Both the position numbers and the translations under genes were made by a program. 64,000 bases of DNA from a virus. Lineage: Duplodnaviria > Caudoviricetes. The notes under the pieces are model-generated. The model saw only the letters and a list, made by a program, of their open reading frames with translations. It did no database searches and had not been told where the DNA came from. The stretch spans positions 7,536-71,535 of IMG/VR virus record IMGVR_UViG_3300033072_000208. The stretch is one strand, 5' to 3'. Below, one piece after another: positions 16,136 to 26,300 of this stretch (positions are counted from its first letter, which is position 1; every line of letters begins with the position of its first letter).

Positions 16136-16360
16136 TTAAACCATTACCATGTGAGAAACGGCATCTACTACATAAATGTCCATGCCGAGAATTTTATTTC
16201 TTCCTGAATGTGATACATCAAGCCTACATGGTAGGCTATCCTGTGCCCACTTGTCAAGGGCCAATGCTTCATCAATTCCAAGATAAACGGCACTGGGTCT
16301 GTACGCTTCCATTTCGATGTGGCGTTCCCTGTGTTTTACAATTTGGTCGAATATATTCAT
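16136..16360 (-). CDS. hypothetical protein
   Basis: ORF track; RBS GGAG. Confidence 0.55.
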   Translation of the reverse strand: MNIFDQIVKHRERHIEMEAYRPSAVYLGIDEALALDKWAQDSLPCRLDVSHSGRNKILGMDIYVVDAVSHMVMV

Positions 16361-16539
16361 TATAATGGCTCCTTGTTGTTACTAGCTGGAAGACAATAGC
16401 ACATTCGTGGGCTTTTACACAAGTGTTATTCGCTTCGCTCATATGTGTTTCCGGTTAAAACACCTTCGGTGATGCCTACATACCACCAACACCATTACAG
16501 CGGTTTTAAGGGCTGTTTTTCCGCTGGAAAAGGCACATT

Positions 16540-16779
16540 TCAGTCGAAATCTTCCTGGTCAATCTTCTCTTCTTCGTTGCTGTAGTAGTTATGTGTCAGA
16601 ATCATAGCATCAATGAGCCGTGTGACCATCAGGATGTCTTCCTTAGCGTCAATGCTAAAGACAAACCCCTTCTGGCTCAACATTACTCGGCGACGTTGTT
16701 GTGCCATGTCTTTGATGGCCTTACGAAGTGATTTACGAACAACCCTATCCTCTTGCTCATACGTCAGTGTGATTTTCAT
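16540..16779 (-). CDS. hypothetical protein
   Basis: Start reassigned to MKITLT using RBS AGGAG. Confidence 0.55.
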   Translation of the reverse strand: MKITLTYEQEDRVVRKSLRKAIKDMAQQRRRVMLSQKGFVFSIDAKEDILMVTRLIDAMILTHNYYSNEEEKIDQEDFD

Positions 16780-16810
16780 TCCTCGTCTCCTGTTGTGTAA
16801 TCTGTGACGA

Positions 16811-16903
16811 AGGATACCCCTCAAGATGGCACATTGTCAAGTACCATATTAAACCCGGCCACACAGAAAGGTGCTTGACATTGCCCTTTTACTGGTGTAA
16901 CAT
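16811..16903. promoter_or_regulatory. back-to-back divergent sigma70-like promoters
   Basis: - strand TTGACA-18nt-TATCCT (-35 at 16835-16840); + strand TTGACA-17nt-TAACAT (16875-16903). Confidence 0.6.
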
Positions 16904-16909
16904 GTGTAG

Positions 16910-17216
16910 CACTAGGTAGTCGTGGCATAAGAACCTCTGGAGAGAGGAACCGAATGTGTGGGGATCAAATCCACGCTTGCCAAGCGAAAGCAACGACCTG
17001 TGACCCATAAGAATAATCCTAGGCGTGTGTGGCACTGAGAACATCCAGTGTTCTTGACAACGCAAGGGCTTCCATCAGAGCATCGGTGGCGGTTAATGTC
17101 AAGTAAGTGTTGGCTCCGTCCTTGAAAGACAACACATAACATTTCCTTTTAGCAATGTCTTCGTAACGTAGCCTAACGGCTATTTTATAAAGGCTTTGCT
17201 AAAGGGTATGTTATGT
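16910..17216 (+). ncRNA. candidate structured RNA or long structured leader
   Basis: No + strand ORF for ~370 nt after the promoter; stems CTAGG/CCTAG, GTCGT/ACGAC, CCTCT-GGAG-AGAGG, ACATAACAT/ATGTTATGT. Confidence 0.45.
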
Positions 17217-17283
17217 CTCACCATCCTTGAAAGGTAAATAATCTTAAGGCAGTAACTACTAAATAATCATTAAGGAGAAGTAA

Positions 17284-17445
17284 ATGTATTCGGCTAACCT
17301 AGATAATGTCAGTGTAGATGGTTATTCATCAGCAGATGCTTTCATTGAGGACAACGTAGATGACATTCTTAGTTGTTGGGATGAATCTGAGATTGAGAAA
17401 CTAATTCTCGAAGGCGGGTATGAGGACATGGATTATGAATTCTAA
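17284..17445 (+). CDS. small very acidic protein (53 aa)
   Basis: Hand translation MYSANLDNVSVDGYSSADAFIEDNVDDILSCWDESEIEKLILEGGYEDMDYEF; RBS AAGGAG. Confidence 0.6.
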   Translation: MYSANLDNVSVDGYSSADAFIEDNVDDILSCWDESEIEKLILEGGYEDMDYEF

Positions 17446-17569
17446 TAAACCACATATTAAGAAGATTAGCTCAAGTATTTGGATATGTTCTGATGGAGAA
17501 GGGACTGGTATTGGAGCGACAGCAGTATCGAGTTGGTTGGACTACCATCTAAAGTTCGTTAATTATTAA
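17435..17569 (+). CDS. small hypothetical protein (44 aa)
   Basis: Hand translation MNSNKPHIKKISSSIWICSDGEGTGIGATAVSSWLDYHLKFVNY. Confidence 0.5.
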   Translation: MNSNKPHIKKISSSIWICSDGEGTGIGATAVSSWLDYHLKFVNY

Positions 17570-17581
17570 ACCACCAGAGAC

Positions 17582-17622
17582 AAAAAGAAAGCCCGCTTTC
17601 CTTTATAGGAGGCGGGCTTTCT
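17582..17622. terminator. bidirectional intrinsic terminator
   Basis: AGAAAGCCCGC...GCGGGCTTTCT between convergent units. Confidence 0.75.
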
Positions 17623-17933
17623 CATTTATGGCTATCTATTTTGTCATTCAGGAGGTCTATTCGTTTATTAGTTGTAAATTGAAGGGAGTTAACACTCTCT
17701 GAGAGTCTCTGGAATTTAACCTCACTCCGTCTGTCCATCTCTTCTATTCTCGCCATATAATCCTGTCGTAGTGCAGCATACCTCTCATCGTGTATTGTGA
17801 CACGATATGAATACACCACTAGAACAGCAATGAGGATGATATTGGTTATGAACATAGAGAGCGTCAAACCCATTAAAACATAGTCGGCTATCCTATGATG
17901 TGTTAAACCGTGTGAATCACCTTTAGTGCTCAT
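17622..17933 (-). CDS. single-TM coiled-coil protein at the end of the lysis cassette
   Basis: Hydrophobic YVLMGLTLSMFITNIILIAVLVVY followed by a coiled coil. Confidence 0.6.
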   Translation of the reverse strand: MSTKGDSHGLTHHRIADYVLMGLTLSMFITNIILIAVLVVYSYRVTIHDERYAALRQDYMARIEEMDRRSEVKFQRLSESVNSLQFTTNKRIDLLNDKIDSHK

Positions 17934-17943
17934 AGATCCCCCC

Positions 17944-18246
17944 TCACTTGCGAGGAAGGTTGTCTGCTTGCTTCTGTGCTTGCAACAAAAGATGAAGATA
18001 TTGATTAGACAGATCTACTTTATTAGACAAGTCTGCCAGCCTGCTGTCGATGTAAGAAAGGATTCTCGCCTCTGTCTGTTGCAACTTCTGTTCAGACACA
18101 GACTCCTTTTGAATGACATAGATCCTCTCGTCCAGTTTTGAAATCTCCCCTTGTTGCCATCCAATAAAAGCAACCATGAGAGGAATCATAAACTTGGAGG
18201 CTAGGTCTATGAACATGCTCATCTGTGTTTTGTTTTCATCACTCAT
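17944..18246 (-). CDS. single-TM coiled-coil protein in the lysis cassette
   Basis: FMIPLMVAFIGW followed by a coiled coil. Confidence 0.6.
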   Translation of the reverse strand: MSDENKTQMSMFIDLASKFMIPLMVAFIGWQQGEISKLDERIYVIQKESVSEQKLQQTEARILSYIDSRLADLSNKVDLSNQYLHLLLQAQKQADNLPRK

Positions 18247-18532
18247 CTAAATTTCCTTCGTATATCTTCCTCTGTCCGTCGCTCCATTCACGGATCAGTT
18301 CTAGGCGTTTGTTTGCAATTCCAAGATTGATTGTGTTATCAATATATGCCTCAACAACACCACCCACAGTTTTTTCACCCACTGCTTTAACAGGGATTGG
18401 TGTTAGTAGATCACTTGGCACTGCAACGAACACTGTCTCCTGTGGCTTCGCAAAAGGCGTTGTCGAGCAGCCCGCTAACATCAGCATCGAGCTTAGAATC
18501 AAGACGGGCAATGTTGCGTGTTTCTGTGCCAT
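18239..18532 (-). CDS. o-spanin (Rz1-like lipoprotein)
   Basis: Lipobox LAGC, Pro-rich segment, overlaps the end of the i-spanin gene in another frame. Confidence 0.8.
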   Translation of the reverse strand: MAQKHATLPVLILSSMLMLAGCSTTPFAKPQETVFVAVPSDLLTPIPVKAVGEKTVGGVVEAYIDNTINLGIANKRLELIREWSDGQRKIYEGNLDE

Positions 18533-18935
18533 GTTTTCCTCCAGAATTGTGTTTGGCTACCCCAGTATCACCCGAGGCATTTAAACCGATTTTATCATCG
18601 CCACGCTCCGGGAATTGAGGGTTTCTTTGCATTCCCTGAATCTTCTCTAACTCTTTCTTCAGGAGGGCAGCTTTTGTCTGCTGTTGTTCCGCCATCTCGT
18701 TTGATTTTTCAGAGATGCTTTGAGATAGGAAGCAACTGTCTTGTAACTTATTAAAAGATGAGTTTTGTTCCTTGACTAATTCCTCAAGAAATGTGATTCT
18801 TTCCTTACGACGATCTAGCGTGTCAGACATATTGCTCATCAGGAACAGACAAGTTGTTAGTGCTGTTACAAGAACTGCGATGATGATTAGTTTAACCCTT
18901 GCTATCATTTTCGTTATCCTCCTCTTGGGAGCCAA
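18411..18935 (-). CDS. i-spanin (Rz-like)
   Basis: N-terminal TM, coiled coil, C-terminal Cys residues; follows the holin. Confidence 0.75.
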   Translation of the reverse strand: MAPKRRITKMIARVKLIIIAVLVTALTTCLFLMSNMSDTLDRRKERITFLEELVKEQNSSFNKLQDSCFLSQSISEKSNEMAEQQQTKAALLKKELEKIQGMQRNPQFPERGDDKIGLNASGDTGVAKHNSGGKHGTETRNIARLDSKLDADVSGLLDNAFCEATGDSVRCSAK

Positions 18936-19170
18936 TCACGCCATCTAGTTTTCCATCGGAGAGGTCTTGCTTTATGTATCTACCAATTGCAATTGTAATA
19001 CCAAGCCCCGCTGTCACCCAAGGGAACACGTTTGCTGGAATTGCAGATTCAAGAAAAGCAACATATGGCTGGATAATTTCTAGAATAGATAGAATAATTA
19101 GGAATACAGAGAAAATCACAGTGTAAGACTTATGAAGAACTTTCTTGTCTTCTTCTAATTCAATTTTCAT
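18892..19170 (-). CDS. holin
   Basis: Two TM helices, charged C-terminus, directly after the endolysin. Confidence 0.75.
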   Translation of the reverse strand: MKIELEEDKKVLHKSYTVIFSVFLIILSILEIIQPYVAFLESAIPANVFPWVTAGLGITIAIGRYIKQDLSDGKLDGVIGSQEEDNENDSKG

Positions 19171-19847
19171 ACTAAATTCCTAGTAATTTCTTCTGAATAT
19201 GCTTGTGCCAGCTTCACATCGTAGTTGTTCTTTTTATATCCAGGTCCATTATAAATCCTAGCCGCCGTAGGCCAATCCTTGTTTCTAACTGCTGACAGGA
19301 GCTTGTTGTTTGATTTGATGAATCCAACAAACATATCCAAGTGATCTTTCTCGCTTCTGTTGGCACAGATGATGAAATCTCTGAGAGATGTATATCCACA
19401 CACTTTCCAATTAAAGCCCATCACTTGAAACATCCCCCACGAAGCAGATTGTAGTGCTGATTCTTTATCAACAGCAATTGCCTTATCGAGCCTGTCGTGC
19501 TCTCTAGCACCACCAAGGTAGCCACCAGATTTTGATGAGCAGATGGATGTGTCATTACAAGACATCCCTTTTGCTTTTAGTAGTCTATTGAAAATGTGTC
19601 TCTCAAATAGAATCACTGGCCTACCATCTGGAAGAAACCCAGAACCACGAGACTCTACCTTAGCAAATGCACGAATTGCCTCTACATCACAATTTAGGGT
19701 ATTAGCTGCACGAAGATAATCATCTTGTGTCAATCCAATTTTACTAGACTCTTTCTTTTCTTGTTTTTGCCCACCAACATCGGTCTTTTTATTTTTGTTA
19801 AAGATGGCCGATACAATCTTTATCAATGCTTCAATAATCTTGTTCAT
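19167..19847 (-). CDS. endolysin, N-acetylmuramidase (DUF3380-type)
   Basis: AFAKVESRGSGF...ILFERH...SASWGMFQVMGFN...FARxYNG-like AARIYNGPGY. Confidence 0.9.
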   Translation of the reverse strand: MNKIIEALIKIVSAIFNKNKKTDVGGQKQEKKESSKIGLTQDDYLRAANTLNCDVEAIRAFAKVESRGSGFLPDGRPVILFERHIFNRLLKAKGMSCNDTSICSSKSGGYLGGAREHDRLDKAIAVDKESALQSASWGMFQVMGFNWKVCGYTSLRDFIICANRSEKDHLDMFVGFIKSNNKLLSAVRNKDWPTAARIYNGPGYKKNNYDVKLAQAYSEEITRNLV

Positions 19848-19850
19848 ACA

Positions 19851-20285
19851 TCATTCCTTTAACAATAAGGCTTCTTCTAACAACTTCTCTGCTGTGAGCG
19901 TGTGCGGACGTTTGATTCCTAATGCTGCCCCAATAGCTTCGTAACACACCCAATGATTCTTATTGTGCCCAATGAACGGGAATACATACCTAACTACATT
20001 TCTGTAATCATATGCTTGCCCATCGTGTGAAGAAAACCACCGTAGTGCTTTTTGCTTAATGTCTTCGTTGGACGTAATGTCAAAAACATCCCAATGTCCA
20101 GAAAGTAGGTTTATATCCTTACCCCTCACCCCACCATCCCTAGCACTGCTACTATAACACACACCATCAATCACAAGCTCTGCATGACTATATTTACTCC
20201 ACGTCCATAAGCGAGTGACATAGTGTGTTACTATGTGCATTATAGATGACGGCGGGCCTTTGTATAAAGAAAGTTGCATACTCAT
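19851..20285 (-). CDS. permuted papain-like (C92/NlpC-type) amidase
   Basis: YSHAELV (His) precedes WVCYE (Cys); G.AYD motif. Confidence 0.65.
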   Translation of the reverse strand: MSMQLSLYKGPPSSIMHIVTHYVTRLWTWSKYSHAELVIDGVCYSSSARDGGVRGKDINLLSGHWDVFDITSNEDIKQKALRWFSSHDGQAYDYRNVVRYVFPFIGHNKNHWVCYEAIGAALGIKRPHTLTAEKLLEEALLLKE

Positions 20286-20302
20286 ACATTGCCCACCTTG
20301 TT

Positions 20303-20776
20303 TTAGATGAATGTTGGAATTTCTTCTGTGCTTGCTGGAACAAGCATGACAGCATCGTACTCTGCCTCTGTTAGTCTGAATGCTTCTGGAATTGAAGTTT
20401 GTGTCAAAAATTGAACGCTTTCAACTGTGTCTTGTCTTTGAAGGTCGATATAAGTTGATAGTTCAAATGTTTCAAAAAAGTCTGCCAAAATTGGATCAGA
20501 TTGTGACGCAACTTTTGCAGCAATCCACTTAGACTTTGGAAACCGATTCTTGAATGCAAGTTTAGTGATTTTCCAAGTTTCATTTGAAGGTTGCTCTGGT
20601 GCAATAAATTTACCTGTTTCACTTACATAAATCCACCCCGGACCTGCTACTTTTTGTTCTTCTGGTGTATCTAATGCCTCAATGTGGTCATACTGGCCTG
20701 AAATTGAAGAAATGAATTCCTCATCTGCGACGATGACGTTTTGAACAATACCGTTTTTTATTAAAGCGTAATTCAT
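20303..20776 (-). CDS. tail fibre accessory/assembly protein
   Basis: MNYALIKNGIVQNVIVAD-type N-terminus; follows the fibre genes. Confidence 0.55.
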   Translation of the reverse strand: MNYALIKNGIVQNVIVADEEFISSISGQYDHIEALDTPEEQKVAGPGWIYVSETGKFIAPEQPSNETWKITKLAFKNRFPKSKWIAAKVASQSDPILADFFETFELSTYIDLQRQDTVESVQFLTQTSIPEAFRLTEAEYDAVMLVPASTEEIPTFI

Positions 20777-20785
20777 AGTATTTCC

Positions 20786-21514
20786 TTATTCGTTCCAGGC
20801 GACGATGACGATGCCGGAACCACCGTTACCACCAACAGCCTGATTCCCTGCACCCCCTGAACCACCAGCCCCTACAGTGACGATTACGTTCCCAGTGACG
20901 GGGACGTTTGTTTGAACTCTGACCTCTCCCCCGCCTCCACCAGCGCCATTAAAGTTCACAGCAGGAGGCCAACCGCCCTGCCCGCCACACCCAGAATTTG
21001 CAGGGGCGTTTGGTGTAGAGGTAGTTTGTACTCCGGCAGGGGCAGCTTTGTAACTTCCCCCGCCAGACATCACCGCACCAGAGCCAAAACCGGGACAACT
21101 ACCTCCTTGGTAGACTGGGGAGCTTGTATTACTTTTAGCGTGCCCAGCCCCACCACCAACTAGAAAACCAGTAGCGTTTCCGTGTAAAGTTCCGGGAGTA
21201 GTGGAAGTTGTTCCTGTAATACCAAGCCCGCCAAACAGACCTCCACCCTTACCGCCCGCTACTATCCCTTGAGCGCCCGCTGACGATTCACCACCAAGCC
21301 CGCCTAATGCTGTTATATCCCCAAAAGAAGAAGACCCCCCGGCGACACCTCCTGGGAGGGCGGACGCGGAATCCCTCCCACCTCCACCGCCGCCGCCCGC
21401 ACCTACAAGCACATCCACGACATCAACGCCTTGTGGACGCACCCACGTACCAGACGATGTAAAGACTTGTACCTTTCTTTTACCGCCGCCAAAAAATTGA
21501 CTTAAATTACTCAT
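20786..21514 (-). CDS. glycine-rich tail fibre protein
   Basis: FTSSGTW.RP...VGAGGGGG...GGSGIVIV glycine-rich domain. Confidence 0.65.
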   Translation of the reverse strand: MSNLSQFFGGGKRKVQVFTSSGTWVRPQGVDVVDVLVGAGGGGGGGRDSASALPGGVAGGSSSFGDITALGGLGGESSAGAQGIVAGGKGGGLFGGLGITGTTSTTPGTLHGNATGFLVGGGAGHAKSNTSSPVYQGGSCPGFGSGAVMSGGGSYKAAPAGVQTTSTPNAPANSGCGGQGGWPPAVNFNGAGGGGGEVRVQTNVPVTGNVIVTVGAGGSGGAGNQAVGGNGGSGIVIVAWNE

Positions 21515-21530
21515 AAATTATCTCCCTATC

Positions 21531-22340
21531 TTATCCAAATACCCATCCACGTGTGGTATCCGCATACACTAACGTAATAACTACGTGTAAAGCATCAATA
21601 GTCATGTTTTCAGCTAATGACATAATGTTGCTACCATTTCTATTAATAACACAAGTAGTAGCTGAAGAACTGTTTTGAATGCTCACCCAATCTCCCGGAG
21701 AAGGACTTGCAGGTAAAGTAAGAGTTAGATTAGCAGTAATTACATAAAACCTAAATAAATCTGCTAATGTGTTTGTAGAAATGACTTCAACTCTCTCTTC
21801 TATTGTTGAAATGCCTACAGGAGCTGTTAAAGAGATGGTCCAATCTGTGTGCGTACCTGTGCCTTCTTTGATGGTTACTTCTACTACTAATGCACCTGTG
21901 CTGGAATTGTATAAAGTAATGTTGCCAGCCATCCATGTATTAGATGGTGAAGAGGTTCTAGCAATCATTACAGGTTGTCCTACTACATACGCCTTCCCTG
22001 TCTGTATGGTTAAGTTCTTAGTGCCGTTGCTTACTGAAAGACTGCTTGTGCTTGTTGCGTTAGTCCCCGGAGAATTAACGGCTGTTGCCGCACTAGCAGC
22101 AGCTTCAGCAGCCTTTGTAGCAGCAATACCTGCCTGCGTAGTGGCAATGCCTGCTTGGGTTGTTGCTGTGCTCGCAGAACTAACTGCTGTATTTTTATTG
22201 GTATTTACTTCAGCAGCAACAGCGTTTGCTTCTGTTCCGAACGTTGGTAGCGCACCAAGAAAAGCATCGGCCCTTGCTGCAAAGTTTATTGGATCACTTC
22301 TTGATGGAACAGGTGTTGGTAATGGTGTAATTGTTGCCAT
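21531..22340 (-). CDS. tail fibre-like virion protein
   Basis: Ala/Thr-rich coiled segment; C-terminal TLTLPASP..GD.V.I...GW domain typical of fibres. Confidence 0.65.
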   Translation of the reverse strand: MATITPLPTPVPSRSDPINFAARADAFLGALPTFGTEANAVAAEVNTNKNTAVSSASTATTQAGIATTQAGIAATKAAEAAASAATAVNSPGTNATSTSSLSVSNGTKNLTIQTGKAYVVGQPVMIARTSSPSNTWMAGNITLYNSSTGALVVEVTIKEGTGTHTDWTISLTAPVGISTIEERVEVISTNTLADLFRFYVITANLTLTLPASPSPGDWVSIQNSSSATTCVINRNGSNIMSLAENMTIDALHVVITLVYADTTRGWVFG

Positions 22341-22358
22341 ACAGTTTCTCCTGAATTA

Positions 22359-23270
22359 TTAAGTCAAGCTCTCAAGCTCAATTGATAAAAGGCTGAATGT
22401 TGGATAGGAAATTTCTGTAGAAAACTCTCGATACCAACCAAGGATGATTGATGCCTCTTCAAACAGTGGATCATCTGTTACAATCCAAACAGCGGGTGTG
22501 GCACGTAAAGTGTAAAGTAATGATTGAACGCGATTCAGTTGCGTATTATTAACAACCACCTGAGCATTCAATCTTTTACTAAATGCCCTTTGAACGAATG
22601 TGGTGTTTCCAAACTCATCTGTTTGTTTAATTGAGTAATCTACAATTCCAGCAGAAACTCCATACTGAGTTATCCCGATCTCGAACAAAGTCCCATACAC
22701 GACAGTTGAAACGCTTACTGTTTCACCAACGCTTGTTCCAAACTCAATCGTTACGCGAGCGTTTGGATATGGTGGGATATTATAAAATATAACTTGTGAT
22801 CTTTTAAGAAGAGGATCATAAAAGAAATACCCATACCAATCAGATATTGTTGAAGAGGATAGCCCTGCTGTAGCTTCATATACTATAGGGCCACCGTCAC
22901 CATCTGTAATTGTTACCGTTACCACAGAGGCATCAATATCAATTAAAGCAAGGCTATCAAATACCTCTCCCGGAGCTACCACTACAGTGAGCGATGTTGT
23001 TGATGTTGTTGATGTAGCAACTACACTATCAAACATTGCATGTTTATTATCCGCGCCTAAATCTAACCACCAAGTAGGACTTGTGGTTGGTGTGTGATTG
23101 AGGTTTGTATTCTGCAAACTTTCCCATCTCTTTCCAGAATAGGAAACTGTTTGACCGATAGAGTATGTAGTTGCTGCGCTCCAATCTGCATCAGCATTCA
23201 CTGCTGTTGTTGAGATTAACTGACTTTCTTGAAACGTAATTGGCCTGATTGTTTTCATATTTCTAAACAT
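22359..23270 (-). CDS. tail tip/distal tail protein with an N-terminal carbohydrate-binding-like motif
   Basis: Directly after the TMP; WSAATTYSIGQTVSY.GK.W (CBM5/12-like). Confidence 0.55.
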   Translation of the reverse strand: MFRNMKTIRPITFQESQLISTTAVNADADWSAATTYSIGQTVSYSGKRWESLQNTNLNHTPTTSPTWWLDLGADNKHAMFDSVVATSTTSTTSLTVVVAPGEVFDSLALIDIDASVVTVTITDGDGGPIVYEATAGLSSSTISDWYGYFFYDPLLKRSQVIFYNIPPYPNARVTIEFGTSVGETVSVSTVVYGTLFEIGITQYGVSAGIVDYSIKQTDEFGNTTFVQRAFSKRLNAQVVVNNTQLNRVQSLLYTLRATPAVWIVTDDPLFEEASIILGWYREFSTEISYPTFSLLSIELESLT

Positions 23271-23327
23271 CCTTTATAAGAAAGGAAGAGGATAGAAAGG
23301 ATTCCCTCCCCTCCCACCCTAAATAAA

Positions 23328-26300
23328 TTAAGCTGTTGTTGTCACAAGAAGGCTTTGACCATCCGGCATTGCACGGTCAAGAAGTTTTGCACTCTTGCTT
23401 GTGTTTGATGCCACAGCCCTCACTTCTGCTCTCAACATTGTCGTCTCTGAACGAAGCGCTTGAAGCTCATCTACAACGTCTTGCATATCTGGAAGCATTG
23501 CACGAACACCCAACGACCCTCCAATGTTAGTGAGTGGCATGATTGCCTCAGAACCAACCTCACCCATTAGTGATTCATTGAAGAACGTCGGCTTATGCAC
23601 AATGCCATTTGTAAACGCACCGCCTGAAGCATAAGCCCTGCCCTCTTCTTTACCCCATTTGTTGTAGTGATATGACAGGTAATCATACAAGTTGCTTCCC
23701 TGCCCAACTTCAGAAAGTGCTGATTTGTTTTGCTCATAATACGCAACAACATCAGGGTTGTTTAGAGCATATCCACTGACAGTCCAAGCCTTTTGACTTT
23801 GTGATGAAAGAGCGCCGCGCTCTCTGTCGAAGTACATTTGAATCTGTTCTTTTGATAAACCCTCTAGTTCAGGCGAAATAATAGCAGAGTTTGCCATCAA
23901 TCCAGAAGGAAGCGCGTCAAGCCAACCAATACCTGTTGTTACTTTATTTCCACCTGTTGTTGCCCCACTTGATCCAGACGCGGTAGATGATCCACCTGTT
24001 TTTGGAAGATTAACACCAGATGACTGCACAGCTATTAGTTGCCGTATTGCTTGTTCAACAGATATTACATTTTCGTCAATACTTATTAATGCACTTACTT
24101 GACTTTTAAGAATTTCTAGTTGCCTTTTGGCAATCTTTGATTCATTCTCTGTAATTTTTTCTGTAGCTTCAATACTGTTGGCGACACCATACAACACACG
24201 TAAATAGTCTTGATAAGATTTTGAATTTAGTTTTGCTTCTTCAAGGTATTGATTGCTTACACTAACAAGATCATTTAGTGCATCTTCATCACCACCTTGA
24301 GCTTTATCAAGGACTTTTTTCCACTCTGACTGTGCTTTTGGGATGCCAGATGACATTGACACACTACGAATCAACTGCTCTCTAAATTCACGCAATGTCT
24401 TTGAGAAATTTTCCCATTTTGTGATAACTTGAGAAATCTCCTGTGATTGTCTCTTGTATGCGTCCCTTAACGCATCTTGCGCATCTTTTAAGTTGCGTTC
24501 ATATAAGTCTGTCGCAGCTTTTTCTTGCTCCTTTAATGAGTCAATTATTTTATTAAAGGACTCATCTGCGGCGGCAGAGACTTCAATAAAAGCTGGAACA
24601 AGTGACAGCAATTGAGCTTTAAGTTTTGAACCTTCTACCGTAGCCGCATCTTGAGCATCAATCAAATTACGAAGCTCTTTACTTGAAGATGGAATTGATA
24701 GTCCTAGTTGTTCAAATGCTTTCGATAAAGCATCCATTTGTTTTGATACTAATTCTTCTTCTGTAAGAAGTTGATTGTACAGGGCTTCTTGTGCTGCACT
24801 TAATTCCAAGAAAGCTGGAACAAGCTCCATCAAAGATACATACAACTCTTTGCCAGAATCTGTCGTCATGTCAATACCCACAATCAAGTTGTTAAGATCA
24901 CTTATTGATGTTGGTACGGTTACATTTAATTTTTCAAAGGACACAACCAGTGAGCCAACTGACTGCGCTAAAACATCACCCGGAAGTGCAGAGCCTGATA
25001 GTACTTTTTCAAGATTTTCCATACGAGCATATGCAATTTCTAGTGCTTCATTTTCCATTTGAAGAAGATTTGCACGTTCAATGTTTGCTTTCTCATAGCC
25101 CGCTGTTAGGAGACTTAATACAGAGATTAGTTCAACACCAGATCTTGTAGTTCCATCAACTTCTTTCTGCATACTGCGCCATGTTTCAATCATGGCCTGC
25201 TCTAGAGTTCCCTCATCTACAAGATCATTCAAAGCCATTACAAGAGTGTCTTCAATACCACCCTTACCGTAATTTCTTTGGGATTCTCCAGAAAGAGTTA
25301 CGCGAATACCATCTCTTTGACCAATCATCGCTGTGAGTTTTTTTGTAATACCAGCCATGTTTGAGAAAGAACCGATTGCTTGTGCGAGCATTACAGTTGC
25401 ATCACGTTGCTCTTGTCCGGGGTCTTTCTTTCCTGTCATTGAACCAACTCCAGACACAGCCCCTGTTGTTGGATTGACCGTAGCCCAGGAGGATTTGTCT
25501 GAAGGTTTCTTGTTAAAAGCACCCAACAGGTTTGCAATTGCAAGGCCACCAGCAAGCCAAGGAATAGCAGCACCAAAAGAAGCACCTAATCCCATAGCAC
25601 CGGAAGCGCCCGCTGTTGTTGGACCAGCAAGACCAGCAGCCAGCGTGCTACCCTTTATTCCTGCTGCAAAGGATGTTACCGCACTTGAGCCAATAGCAGA
25701 GCCCAACGCACCAATAGCACTACCAAGTGATGATGTAATGCCTCCGGTGACTGCACCATACAAAGATTGAAGATTACTTGCACTACCAAGTAAATTGCCA
25801 ACTGAACCTAGTGTTCCGCCCTGCGACGACCCACCAAGACCAATGGATTGTGATAGGGCACCCATTGTATTTCCGACAATCGGGTTAATCAGAACATTAA
25901 TAACATACTTACGGAATTCTGCGGTGAGAACATCCTTCAGTTTCTTTGATCCAACCTTACCACCTTCAAACATCGCGGTTGCAATGATGTCTGTAACTGT
26001 CCCTTGAATCTCCTTGAATTTAGCCTCAAAGTCTTCAACGATCTTCATGTTGGCATCTTGATGCGCAAGCAGGCGTTCTTGTGCTTCCTGCTGATTTACA
26101 GCTTCCATATTCCGTTGGTATTCAGCTAAAGCCTCAGGCGACCATTTGCCTTCTTGGAACAACTTTACGTAATCCAACATCATCTGATTACGACGTTCGA
26201 TATATTTGTTCTCAACAGCAGCAAGTTTTACGTTTAGGTCGTATTGACGTTGGATTGCTTTTGCTTCATCCTCTGTTTTGAATAGAAGATTGTTACGAAG

